Assembly: GCA_965370495.1 (NCBI GenBank)
Contig: CBDUUV010000002.1
Coordinates: 1-50,960, forward strand
Length of the DNA: 50,960 nucleotides
Direction of reading: 5' to 3'
Source of the DNA: an uncultured bacterium
Lineage (GTDB): Bacteria; Krumholzibacteriota; Krumholzibacteriia; Krumholzibacteriales; Krumholzibacteriaceae
Positions 26,100-35,102 of the stretch are shown here, one piece after another. The position numbers and the translations under genes are program-made. How positions within the stretch are numbered: the stretch's first letter is position 1; the number at the start of each line of letters is the position of its first letter. The notes under the pieces are model-generated. The model made no database searches. It was not told where the DNA came from and saw only the letters and a program-made list of their open reading frames with translations.

Positions 26100-27362
26100 A
26101 TGATGAGGAAGTTATTTGTAGTAATGGTTGCGGTTGCCCTGATGGCGATGTCAGGTTCCGCGCTTGCGACCGATGCCAGGATCGCGGCGCTCGGCGGCGA
26201 CGTAGCTCCTTATATCTGTGATGACGCCAATGTTTTTTCATGGTATGCCACTCTGCCTTCGTACTCCAATCTGCTTATGATAGGGATGTCCAACAACTTC
26301 AATTATGGTAATCCTGTTGAGGCATATTACGGCCTTTCCTATGCTATCGGCGAAGACGGCAGCTGGGGAACCCTGGCGATCGGCCTGATGGAAAATACGC
26401 AGGGGCCCAACACGGAAGCATGGACGGCCTGGAATATATGGGGTTATTGGAATGATGTGGATATTTTCACTGAAAGTTTGACCAACGTCTTTGCGCTGAT
26501 GTACGGCTACCAGATGGAAGGCATGTCTTTCGGCCTGTTCTTCAGCCGCGCAGCTGAAGTCTCTATGTATGAATCTGACTTCGGTACAAAATACGAGGAA
26601 AATGAAGGGATGGCGTATACGACGATCGGTCTCGGTTTCCGTATGGATATCGGTGAGAATATGGTCGCCGATGTGGCTTTTGATTATACAGGCGCGGGCT
26701 ATCTCTACGAAGAAACCAGTGGCACTGATTTGGAAGCTGATCCTGGTTCAGCCATGTCATTCAGGGGCCGTTTGTTCTATGACTGGAAAGAGAACATCCA
26801 GCTGGTGCTGCCTTATTTCAGCTTCGAGACCAAGGATTTTGCGTATAGCCCTGTCGATGAGTTCTATTCGGACGAAGCATACGGCTTCAAGTCGACCGCA
26901 TTCAAGCTCGGTATTGGCGCCAACCTGAATGTCAATGAAGACAACATGATCCTCTTTGCCATCGAGCCCTTCGCATTCTGGAAGGCTTCACCTTCCGGCT
27001 ACACGGACGGATACGATGAAGAGTGGGAAGTTGCTGTCTTGACCATGCCCAAATTCATTCTTGGCCTCGAGAGTGATCTTACAGACTGGCTGACCTTCAG
27101 GACCGGCTGTTCGAAATCCCTGACTGCATGGGGTTACACTTGGGAGGATGATGATAATTCATTTGAGTATGCCACTAACAAAGACTGGGATACGTTCTCA
27201 TGGAACATCGGTCTTGGTTTCCACTTCGGTGATTTCGACATCGACTGTGTGCTTAACAAGGATGTTCCTTTCAGCATGGGTTACTGGATGACCGGTTACC
27301 AGGAACAGTCTGCAAGTAATGGGACACCGGTCGGCATGATCAGCGCTATCTATCATTTCTAG
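26100..27362 (+). CDS. Porin-like outer-membrane beta-barrel of unknown family (candidate major OMP)
   Basis: AGGAGG lies just upstream. Signal peptide MMRKLFVVMVAVALMAMSGSALA. Aromatic/Gly-rich alternating pattern and C-terminal beta-signal ..ISAIYHF. The N-terminal DARIAALGGDVAPYICDDANVF resembles the PorV-like motif at 8527-9468. Confidence 0.7.
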   Translation: MMRKLFVVMVAVALMAMSGSALATDARIAALGGDVAPYICDDANVFSWYATLPSYSNLLMIGMSNNFNYGNPVEAYYGLSYAIGEDGSWGTLAIGLMENTQGPNTEAWTAWNIWGYWNDVDIFTESLTNVFALMYGYQMEGMSFGLFFSRAAEVSMYESDFGTKYEENEGMAYTTIGLGFRMDIGENMVADVAFDYTGAGYLYEETSGTDLEADPGSAMSFRGRLFYDWKENIQLVLPYFSFETKDFAYSPVDEFYSDEAYGFKSTAFKLGIGANLNVNEDNMILFAIEPFAFWKASPSGYTDGYDEEWEVAVLTMPKFILGLESDLTDWLTFRTGCSKSLTAWGYTWEDDDNSFEYATNKDWDTFSWNIGLGFHFGDFDIDCVLNKDVPFSMGYWMTGYQEQSASNGTPVGMISAIYHF

Positions 27363-27390
27363 AGTCGATAGACTGTTTGATCTGTTTTAA

Positions 27391-27417
27391 GGGAGGCTTC
27401 GTGCCTCCCTTTTTTTT
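27391..27417 (+). terminator. Rho-independent terminator after the porin-like gene
   Basis: GGGAGGC (27391-27397) / GCCTCCC (27403-27409), 5-nt loop, then T8 (27410-27417). Confidence 0.85.
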
Positions 27418-27544
27418 GTCGCCGGTGTTTTTTTGTGCGTTGCGCTCTGCCCGGCGCCCTTTACCTCCATTTTTTATCTTCTTTAGTCTCAGGTGGTCTG
27501 CTACTTGCAAGCGCTTCCCGTTGTCCTTTGCAAAGGTGGCCTGA

Positions 27545-28798
27545 GTGTACTTTTTCTACTACTTTCCCGTGGGGCTCGATATTGAGACTCGCAGGACGCC
27601 GGCTATTACTCTGTTCCTGGCGGCAGTGTCTGTTACCACTTTTCTTTTATACAGATACCTGCCATATGAATACGGGTGGCGCCTGGCAAGAATGATATTT
27701 TATCCCTCTGACCCCTCGGTCAGAACGTCATTTACATATGTATTTCTACACGCGGGGTATTTACACCTGATCGGAAACATTGTTTACCTTCTCCTGTTCG
27801 GCAGAGTAATAGAGGACCGGTTCGGCCCCGGACGTTTCTTTCTGATCTTTGTTTTTTCAGCGATGGCGGGAGTATGGTCACACCTGGTCCTGACCAGCAT
27901 ATTTTCGCCGCAGTACCTCGGGTATGGTATCCTGGGGGCGTCAGGAGCTACTTCAGGGCTGCTTGGAGCCTTTATGGCGCGTTTCTATTTCAGCAGGATA
28001 CGTGTCGCTTACTGGGTTTTTATGCCACTGCAGGGTGTTAACAGGGCTGGAAGGAAGTATCTGCCGGGTTTTCTGGCGGTTGCGTTGTGGATGGTTTTCC
28101 AGGGTGTCTTTGCGGTGGTGCAGTTCGGTATCGAAGGTGTCCAGGTAGCGTACAGTGTACATATCGGAGGTTTTGCGTGCGGGTTTCTCCTGGCAAGCGC
28201 TTTCGGAGCAAAGGCAGGCGCCAGAGCGGAACGTCGGCTGGTCAAAGCAAGGCGATATTTCAGGGAGTCCAACTGGTTTGCCGCGCAGGGAGAATATATC
28301 AATTATCTTGAGTTAAGCCATGAGGATGCGGGAGTTCACGCTGAGGCGGCCAGGGCTTTTCTCTGCAGTGGAGAGAAAGGCAGGGCCACGTATCACTTTA
28401 CGGAAGCGATAACCGGATTTATGAAGATATTGGAACGCGGCGAGGCGGAAACCGTATTCGCGGAGGCCATGCGGTCAGTTTCCGGCTTCTCACTTCAGGA
28501 AAAAGCGCAGTTGGACCTGGCGTTCGGAGCGGAAAGGTCGCTCAAGTACAACTGTGCCCTGAGCGCGTACAGAAATTTTATTGAAGGGTATCCTGCTTCG
28601 AATGAGGTTCCATTCGTTCTTCTCAGGATGGCCGGTATACACGAGAAGCGGTTCAACAGGCCAGCTGACGCGATTCTGTGTTACAAAAAGCTGATAGAGG
28701 AATATCCGGAGGACAGCTGGGCTGACTTTGCGCGCTCGGAAATGGACAGGTTAAAGGACAGGGTCGTTACACTTGAGGCCCTCTGTAACAATAATTAA
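27545..28798 (+). CDS. Rhomboid-family intramembrane serine protease fused to a C-terminal TPR-like domain
   Basis: GTG start. FLHAGYLHLIGNIVYLLLFG, GASGATSGLLGAF (GxSG) and HIGGFACGF (His) form the rhomboid core. The C-terminal ~170 aa are helical and TPR-like (...YKKLIEEYPEDSWADFARSEMDRL). Confidence 0.85.
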   Translation: MYFFYYFPVGLDIETRRTPAITLFLAAVSVTTFLLYRYLPYEYGWRLARMIFYPSDPSVRTSFTYVFLHAGYLHLIGNIVYLLLFGRVIEDRFGPGRFFLIFVFSAMAGVWSHLVLTSIFSPQYLGYGILGASGATSGLLGAFMARFYFSRIRVAYWVFMPLQGVNRAGRKYLPGFLAVALWMVFQGVFAVVQFGIEGVQVAYSVHIGGFACGFLLASAFGAKAGARAERRLVKARRYFRESNWFAAQGEYINYLELSHEDAGVHAEAARAFLCSGEKGRATYHFTEAITGFMKILERGEAETVFAEAMRSVSGFSLQEKAQLDLAFGAERSLKYNCALSAYRNFIEGYPASNEVPFVLLRMAGIHEKRFNRPADAILCYKKLIEEYPEDSWADFARSEMDRLKDRVVTLEALCNNN

Positions 28799-28841
28799 AT
28801 AGCTTGAATAAAAAAAGAGCTTCTGGTAGTTTTCGGCAAGG

Positions 28842-29537
28842 ATGTGGGGTGGGTGTGTGAGGAACAAATACGGATCGTCGTTTGATACCCTCAGATCAAG
28901 AGGGATTGTCCGGGGTCTGGACGGGATGGGTGAAGCCGAGCTTCTCGCGCTGGTCCTGGGGCGGATGGGTTACCGTTCAAGTGCTTCTCTTGCCCAGGAA
29001 CTTGTAGATACTTACGGGAGTCTGGATCTGGTTGGAAACGCAGGGCTGGAAGAATTGATGGACTTCAGGGGGATCGGCAAGGCGTGCGCCATGAGGATAA
29101 AGGCGTCCTTTGAGATGGGTAGACGCAGCGTAATCTCCTGCAGAGAAAAGGAATTGAGGAGTATACGTTCCCCTGAAGATATTGCCTGGTTGATGATGCC
29201 GGAGATGAAAGGGTTGGACAGGGAACATTTTAAGGCGGTTTTGCTCAACACGAGAAACGGTATCCTGAAGATAGTGACTGTGGCTATCGGTTCATTGAAT
29301 GCAGCCCTCGTTCATCCCAGGGAGATCTTCAAGGCGGCTGTCAGGGCCAGTGCCGCAGGGATTATCATTGTGCATAATCATCCGACAGGAGACCCTGAGC
29401 CCAGCCGTGAAGACGCGGATCTGACCGAACGTTTTGCCCGCTGCGGCGACTTGATGGGAATCGATCTGGTTGATCATATCATAGTCGGTGATGACAGGTA
29501 TGTGAGTATGAGGGAGAGGGGCCTGGTAAACGTCTGA
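28842..29537 (+). CDS. radC: RadC-family JAB/MPN-domain protein
   Basis: AELLALVLG..., the HhH-like region GIGKACAMRIKA, and the JAMM motif HNHPTGDPEPSREDADLT. It sits upstream of mreB as in many bacteria. Confidence 0.85.
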   Translation: MWGGCVRNKYGSSFDTLRSRGIVRGLDGMGEAELLALVLGRMGYRSSASLAQELVDTYGSLDLVGNAGLEELMDFRGIGKACAMRIKASFEMGRRSVISCREKELRSIRSPEDIAWLMMPEMKGLDREHFKAVLLNTRNGILKIVTVAIGSLNAALVHPREIFKAAVRASAAGIIIVHNHPTGDPEPSREDADLTERFARCGDLMGIDLVDHIIVGDDRYVSMRERGLVNV

Positions 29538-29546
29538 AAGGAAGGC

Positions 29547-30587
29547 ATGAATTTGTTAGGTCGCATTGCCACATATTTTTCAAATGATATAGCCATTGAT
29601 CTTGGAACGGCCAATACCCTTGTCTACCTGAAGGGGAGCGGGATAGTTCTGAACGAGCCTTCCGTAGTGGCTGTGGATCAGAAGAATAATAAAGTTTATG
29701 CTGTTGGTATAAAAGCCAAGGCGATGCTTGGCAAGACACCTGATCATATCGTGGCAGTGAGGCCCTTGAAAGACGGAGTTATAGCCGATTTTGAGATAAC
29801 CGAGATAATGCTCAGGGAATTTATAAGAAGATCTCAGAAAAAGAAGTTTTTTATCAGGCCCAGGATCGTGATCAGTGTTCCTTCCGGGATCACCGAAGTC
29901 GAGCGCAGGGCTGTTATCGATTCAGCTCAAAATGCCGGAGCCAGGGAAGTCTATCTTGTCGCGGAGCCTATAGCAGCCGCCATTGGTGTCGGGCTGCCCG
30001 TAGACAAACCGTCCGGCAACATGGTGATAGATATTGGGGGGGGGACGACCGAGATCGCGGTGATAGCCCTGAACGGTATTGTAACAGATATCTCGATCCG
30101 TGTTGGTGGCGACAAGATGGATGATGTCATTGTTCAGCATATCAAGAAGGCATACAACCTGCTGATCGGTGACCAGACTGCAGAACATATCAAGATGATC
30201 ATCGGGTCGGCGACCAATCTCGGGCAGGAAGAGGAAATGGAAATCAAGGGCAGGGATCTTGTTTCCGGGATTCCAAAGACCCTGAGAATCTCCAGTGTAG
30301 AGATTAGAGAAGCTCTTTCTGAACCGATGAGCCAGATTATCGCGGCCCTGAAAACAGCGTTGGAACAGACTCCGCCGGAGCTTGCGGCCGATATTGTCGA
30401 CAGAGGGATTGTGATGACAGGTGGCGGATCTCTTCTGGGAGGCATCGATGTTCTTCTAAAAGAAGAGACAAATCTGCCAATCAATGTCGTGGAAGATCCG
30501 CTTACATGTGTCGTGCTTGGTACCGGAAAGATACTCAGCAACCTTCACATGTATGAACGTATTATCATGAAGAGCAGCCGGTTATAA
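29547..30587 (+). CDS. mreB: Rod-shape-determining actin homologue MreB
   Basis: IAIDLGTANTLVY..., VIDIGGGTTEIAVI, GIVMTGGGSLLGGID. Confidence 0.97.
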   Translation: MNLLGRIATYFSNDIAIDLGTANTLVYLKGSGIVLNEPSVVAVDQKNNKVYAVGIKAKAMLGKTPDHIVAVRPLKDGVIADFEITEIMLREFIRRSQKKKFFIRPRIVISVPSGITEVERRAVIDSAQNAGAREVYLVAEPIAAAIGVGLPVDKPSGNMVIDIGGGTTEIAVIALNGIVTDISIRVGGDKMDDVIVQHIKKAYNLLIGDQTAEHIKMIIGSATNLGQEEEMEIKGRDLVSGIPKTLRISSVEIREALSEPMSQIIAALKTALEQTPPELAADIVDRGIVMTGGGSLLGGIDVLLKEETNLPINVVEDPLTCVVLGTGKILSNLHMYERIIMKSSRL

Positions 30588-30588
30588 A

Positions 30589-31446
30589 ATGCAGATCATT
30601 TCCTTTCTGTTCGAGAAGCATCTTGACAAGTCGGTGCTGGCAGTTGCCATCGCCCTGTCGGTTTTTATGTTATCGCGCGCTGAAACCAGCCAGATCAATT
30701 CGGCAAAGGTCATAAGTTCCTTTCTGCTCTACCCCGTCGAAAAGATGGAAGGTTATTTTTCAAGCAAGGAAGAACTCCGGCAGAAAAACCTTGAGCTCAG
30801 GAAGATAGCTGTTTCGCTGGCTTATGAGCATGAAAGGTTGACGCAATTCAGGGATGAACGCAACCGCCTCAGGCAGCTGCTGGGATTTCGTAAAGACTCA
30901 TCTTTCGATTTCCTTCCCTGTGAAGTTATTGCCAGGGCCTCGAACCGTTTTCACCATTCGGTCACGGTGGACAAGGGAAGTGTCGAGGGGGTGCGTGCCG
31001 GCATGTCTGTAGTAGGGTACAAGGGTTTCGTCGGGAAAGTCATGCAGGCATTTCCCTCATCGGCGCGCATTCTTCTGATGAATAACAAGTCAATGTCAGT
31101 GAGTTGTCTGGATAAACGAAGCCGTGTTGTGGGAATATTGAACTGGGAGAGGGGCAACCTGTTTCGCCTGGATTTTATTGGCCGCGAGGAAGATCTGCTT
31201 CCCGGTGACACACTCATTACAAGTGGGTTGGGGAGGGTCCTGCCGAAAGGTTTCCCTGTTGGAATAGTCTTCCGTGTCGAAGAAAACAAGACCGAACTTT
31301 CCAGAAAAGTCAGTGTAGTCAGTATGATTGACCTGAATACTCTCGAGGAATTGTTCATTGTCGTCGGAGGACGGGACTGGGACAGTAATAAGACCCTGCA
31401 GCTGCTCGAGAAGATCGGGAGCGCGGAGAAATCGAAGGAACAGTGA
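30589..31446 (+). CDS. mreC: Rod-shape-determining protein MreC
   Basis: N-terminal TM, coiled coil (ELRQKNLELRK...ERNRLRQLLGF), beta domains (VTVDKGSVEGVRAGMSVV...GDTLITSGLGRVLPKGFPVG), and position after mreB. Confidence 0.9.
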   Translation: MQIISFLFEKHLDKSVLAVAIALSVFMLSRAETSQINSAKVISSFLLYPVEKMEGYFSSKEELRQKNLELRKIAVSLAYEHERLTQFRDERNRLRQLLGFRKDSSFDFLPCEVIARASNRFHHSVTVDKGSVEGVRAGMSVVGYKGFVGKVMQAFPSSARILLMNNKSMSVSCLDKRSRVVGILNWERGNLFRLDFIGREEDLLPGDTLITSGLGRVLPKGFPVGIVFRVEENKTELSRKVSVVSMIDLNTLEELFIVVGGRDWDSNKTLQLLEKIGSAEKSKEQ

Positions 31447-31501
31447 CAAAAGTTCCACGGCTGCCGGGGAAAGATCGATTGTGGCTGGAAATAAAAGGAG
31501 C

Positions 31502-32005
31502 ATGGGGTTGTATATTCTTCGTATGATCCTGACAGCGTTCATTGTTTTTGTTCTTCAGGTGACGCTCGGGCATGTTGTATCGCTCGGTGAGGCATCTCCG
31601 GATATGATCCTTATACTGCTTGTGGTACTCGTGCTTAACCGCAAGCCAGCCATCGCTGTGATAATAGGGTTTTTGCTGGGATTTCTCCAGGATCTCGGTA
31701 ACGCGTCCTACCTTGGGATGAACGCGCTGGTCAAGTCTGTGACAGCCTATGGAATAGCAAGGTATGCTACCGGGTTTCTGCCTGACAGTACTCTTTTCAA
31801 GGGATTGCTTATATTCATCTCCTGTCTGGCAGGTGATATCATACTGTTCAATATTACTACTTCATTCAATCCCCTGAGTGTTTTTATCTCGGTTTTCCGT
31901 TATGGGTTATTGTCAGCGCTTTACACAGCGGTAACAGGTATTGTGGTCTTCAATATACTTCATATTCTGCCTGGGAGGACGGTACGTTCTGGTGGCGGGT
32001 ATTGA
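31502..32005 (+). CDS. mreD: Rod-shape-determining protein MreD
   Basis: ATG at 31502 follows AAAAGGAG. 167-aa polytopic membrane protein at the canonical position. The ORF-track extension back to 31358 overlaps mreC and is Arg/Ser-rich. Confidence 0.75.
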   Translation: MGLYILRMILTAFIVFVLQVTLGHVVSLGEASPDMILILLVVLVLNRKPAIAVIIGFLLGFLQDLGNASYLGMNALVKSVTAYGIARYATGFLPDSTLFKGLLIFISCLAGDIILFNITTSFNPLSVFISVFRYGLLSALYTAVTGIVVFNILHILPGRTVRSGGGY

Positions 32006-33815
32006 CCGGCAGAGTGAGCTCTTATTGAGCCACAGAAGGAGGATACTCCTGGTACTTGTAATCGGGGTAACCTTGATTCTCGCTGTGAGGCTTTTCTATC
32101 TGCAGGTTATCAGGAACAATTATTACAACAGGTTGGCGATATCGAACAGGATCCAGAGAGAGCAAATGGTAGCTCCCCGGGGAATGATTAAGGCTGCCGA
32201 TGAATCAAAACTCGTGGTAAATGTTCCCGTCTACCAGATCAGCGTTCTTCCCGGCAAGTTGACGGGTAAGCTGGAAAGGCTCCGGCTGGCATGTGAGTGG
32301 CTGAAAATCGATGAAGAAAAGATGTTCGGGAATCTTGTCGAATGGGAAGAGAAGTATCCTGACGGCAGGGAAATGACAGTAGTTCAGGCGGCTGACAAAG
32401 GGCAGATATCCATCCTTCTGGAAAACAAGGCGTTTTTTCCTTTTTTTAAACTGGTGATGAAGCACCGTCGCCAGTATCCTGAAGGAACTCTGGCATCGCA
32501 TCTCCTTGGCTATGTCGGAGAGGTGACCGACGAGGAGCTCAACGGGCCAAAACAGTTCAGTGTGGGAGATATCACGGGGAGAACCGGTATCGAGTATATG
32601 TATGAGGATGCCCTGAGGGGTGAGGATGGTATAAGGCTGGTGGAGATCAGTGTGAAGGGGGTTCGTATCGGAGAATACGAGGGTTTGGAGGGAAATGAGG
32701 GTTTTGAGGGTTTTGTTGAATCACGCCCGCCCGTCCCCGGTTCCGACTTGATTCTGACAATGGATATACAGTTGCAAAGGGCTATAGAAGATGTTTTCGA
32801 CTGGAAGAAGGGGGCTGTGATAGCGATGGATCCGAATACCGGTGGCATTCTTGCCGCGGTCAGCCGTCCCGGGTACGATCCGAATATATTTATGGGTGGA
32901 GTGAGTACAGAGGACTGGAGCAGTCTGCACAACGATCTGGACAAGCCTCTTTTCAACAGGACTGTGCAGGCGACATATCCCCCCGCCTCGACTTTCAAGA
33001 TGATTGTCTCGTATGCCGCGTTAAATTTCGGATGCGTATCATTGAACGAGCACCTGCAGCCATGTTATGGCGGATACCATTTCGGAAACAGATATTTCAG
33101 GTGCTGGAAACAGCAGGGCCACGGATCGTGCAATCTGTTCGAAGCGATCGTTAATTCCTGTGACGTCTATTTTTATCAGATTGGTGAACGGTTGAAGGCG
33201 GATCAGTTCGCCTATGCGGGAAGGCTCTTCGGACTGGGAAGAAAGACAGGTATAGATCTGCCGAGTGAAGCAAGGGGGGCTCTTCCTGATCACTCGTTCT
33301 TTGATCGCCGTTTCGGAAAACGTAAATGGACCAAGGGGCATCTCCTCAATTATTCGATCGGACAGGGTGAGATGCTCGTAACACCCATGCAGCTTTGTCA
33401 GATGACAGCTTTGATTGCTAACGGCGGAAAGCGGATAAAACCACATATAGTTGACAGAATAGTGGATGCTGATGGGGTCATTGTTTTTGAAGCGAGCAGA
33501 TCTGCTGATGTGATTCCCGAGATCGATAAGGATATACTGAAATTTTTACAAAGGTCCATGGAGGCTGTAGTATCCGGAGAAGGTGGAACCGGCAGGGCAA
33601 GCGCTGTTTCCGGAGTAAGGATAGCAGGCAAGACAGGAACAGCTCAGAATCCGGGAGAAGACCACGCGCTTTTTATAGCTTATGCTCCAGTGAAGAATCC
33701 TGAGATCGCCCTGGTAGTAATAATGGAAAATGCCGGGCATGGAGGAGCAATGGCCGCGCCGATGGCTCGTAAGATCCTGTCGGCCTATTTTTACCCGGGC
33801 GTAACAGGGAGGTGA
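31941..33815 (+). CDS. mrdA: Penicillin-binding protein 2 (elongasome transpeptidase)
   Basis: TM plus the YLQVIRNNYY dimerisation region. Active-site STFK, KTGTA, and AMDPNTGGILA. The start is uncertain: the ORF opens at 31941 inside mreD, and GTG at 31992 is an alternative. Confidence 0.9.
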   Translation: MWSSIYFIFCLGGRYVLVAGIDRQSELLLSHRRRILLVLVIGVTLILAVRLFYLQVIRNNYYNRLAISNRIQREQMVAPRGMIKAADESKLVVNVPVYQISVLPGKLTGKLERLRLACEWLKIDEEKMFGNLVEWEEKYPDGREMTVVQAADKGQISILLENKAFFPFFKLVMKHRRQYPEGTLASHLLGYVGEVTDEELNGPKQFSVGDITGRTGIEYMYEDALRGEDGIRLVEISVKGVRIGEYEGLEGNEGFEGFVESRPPVPGSDLILTMDIQLQRAIEDVFDWKKGAVIAMDPNTGGILAAVSRPGYDPNIFMGGVSTEDWSSLHNDLDKPLFNRTVQATYPPASTFKMIVSYAALNFGCVSLNEHLQPCYGGYHFGNRYFRCWKQQGHGSCNLFEAIVNSCDVYFYQIGERLKADQFAYAGRLFGLGRKTGIDLPSEARGALPDHSFFDRRFGKRKWTKGHLLNYSIGQGEMLVTPMQLCQMTALIANGGKRIKPHIVDRIVDADGVIVFEASRSADVIPEIDKDILKFLQRSMEAVVSGEGGTGRASAVSGVRIAGKTGTAQNPGEDHALFIAYAPVKNPEIALVVIMENAGHGGAMAAPMARKILSAYFYPGVTGR

Positions 33816-33818
33816 GGT

Positions 33819-35087
33819 TTGGCAGAGAGAAGAATTCGCAATATTGACTGGCCGATCCTTATCTCGACCCTGATTCTGATCGGGATTGGCCTTCTTAACC
33901 TTTATTCTGTCGGTCATATACCGGAGGAGTTAAAAGAGGCTTTCAATCCCGGGGCTATTTCATATTTTCACAGGCAGTTGTTATGGGGCCTCATCGGATT
34001 GATTATTATGCTGGTAGCGTTCAAGGTACCTTTCAGGTATTACGAGGGAACAGCGCTCATATTCTATTTTGTCGCTCTGGCTTTTTTGATTGTCGTTCTC
34101 CTGCTGGATCCATTGAAAGGGGCGAGGCGGTGGATCAGCCTGGGAGGTTTCCGGTTCCAGCCCAGTGAGTTGATGAAGATAGCCGTTATTTTTCTTCTCG
34201 CCCGGTTTTTTGCCGAAAAGCGGCATGACCCGAACAGGTTTCGCGTGATCTTCGTAGCGACTCTCATAGCTGTTGTACCATTCCTTTTCATCTTGAAACA
34301 ACCTGATCTGGGAACAGCTCTGGTTTTTCCTGCTATTCTTTTTCCCGTTTTGTACTGGCGTGGATTGAACGAAGGGCTCCTGATACTGTTTATCACTCCC
34401 ATGATAAGCGCTTTTCTTACTGTATATAGTCAGAGTGCCTTTAATGTTGGTACGTATCCTTTTCCACTTCTTGTCTTTTTTCTTGTCATCCTTGTCATTG
34501 CCTATAGCAGAAGGCGCAGAATCTTTCAGAGTATAATGCTTGTGGTTATCAATCTTTCGGTGATGCTGGTTGTGCCGAACCTGATCGATTCGTTGAAACC
34601 TTATCAGCAGAGAAGGATAATGGCGTTTCTGAGGCCTGAATCCGACATTCTCGGGGGAGGATGGCAGGTGTATCAATCGAAAGTGGCTGTCGGATCTGGA
34701 GGCTTTACCGGTAAAGGGTTTCTTCAGGGCACGCAGAAACTTTTCGCTTTTCTTCCGGAAAGGCATAGTGATTTTGCTTTTTCAGTACTGTCCGAGGAAA
34801 GAGGTTTTCTGGGCAGTGTTTTTGTTATACTGCTTTTTACCATTATTATCGTCCAGGGCTTCAACCTTGCGATAAAGGTCAAAAATCGCTTTGCCTCCAT
34901 CGCCCTGATCGGGATATCTTCCTACTTTGCTTTCCATGTCATTGTCAATGTCGGGATGACTATCGGTCTGGCACCCGTGACGGGATTACCGCTGCCGTTC
35001 ATCAGTTATGGGGGGAGTTCGATGCTGATCAGTTGTTTATTTATCGGTGTATTGTTGAATTTTGGATCAAGATTCTATGAGTACTAA
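33819..35087 (+). CDS. rodA: SEDS-family glycosyltransferase RodA
   Basis: TTG start. FQPSELMKIA, HSDFAFSVLSEERGF, GLPLPFISYGGSSML, and position after mrdA. Confidence 0.9.
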   Translation: MAERRIRNIDWPILISTLILIGIGLLNLYSVGHIPEELKEAFNPGAISYFHRQLLWGLIGLIIMLVAFKVPFRYYEGTALIFYFVALAFLIVVLLLDPLKGARRWISLGGFRFQPSELMKIAVIFLLARFFAEKRHDPNRFRVIFVATLIAVVPFLFILKQPDLGTALVFPAILFPVLYWRGLNEGLLILFITPMISAFLTVYSQSAFNVGTYPFPLLVFFLVILVIAYSRRRRIFQSIMLVVINLSVMLVVPNLIDSLKPYQQRRIMAFLRPESDILGGGWQVYQSKVAVGSGGFTGKGFLQGTQKLFAFLPERHSDFAFSVLSEERGFLGSVFVILLFTIIIVQGFNLAIKVKNRFASIALIGISSYFAFHVIVNVGMTIGLAPVTGLPLPFISYGGSSMLISCLFIGVLLNFGSRFYEY

Positions 35088-35102
35088 ACATGGCAGGGAT
35101 CT

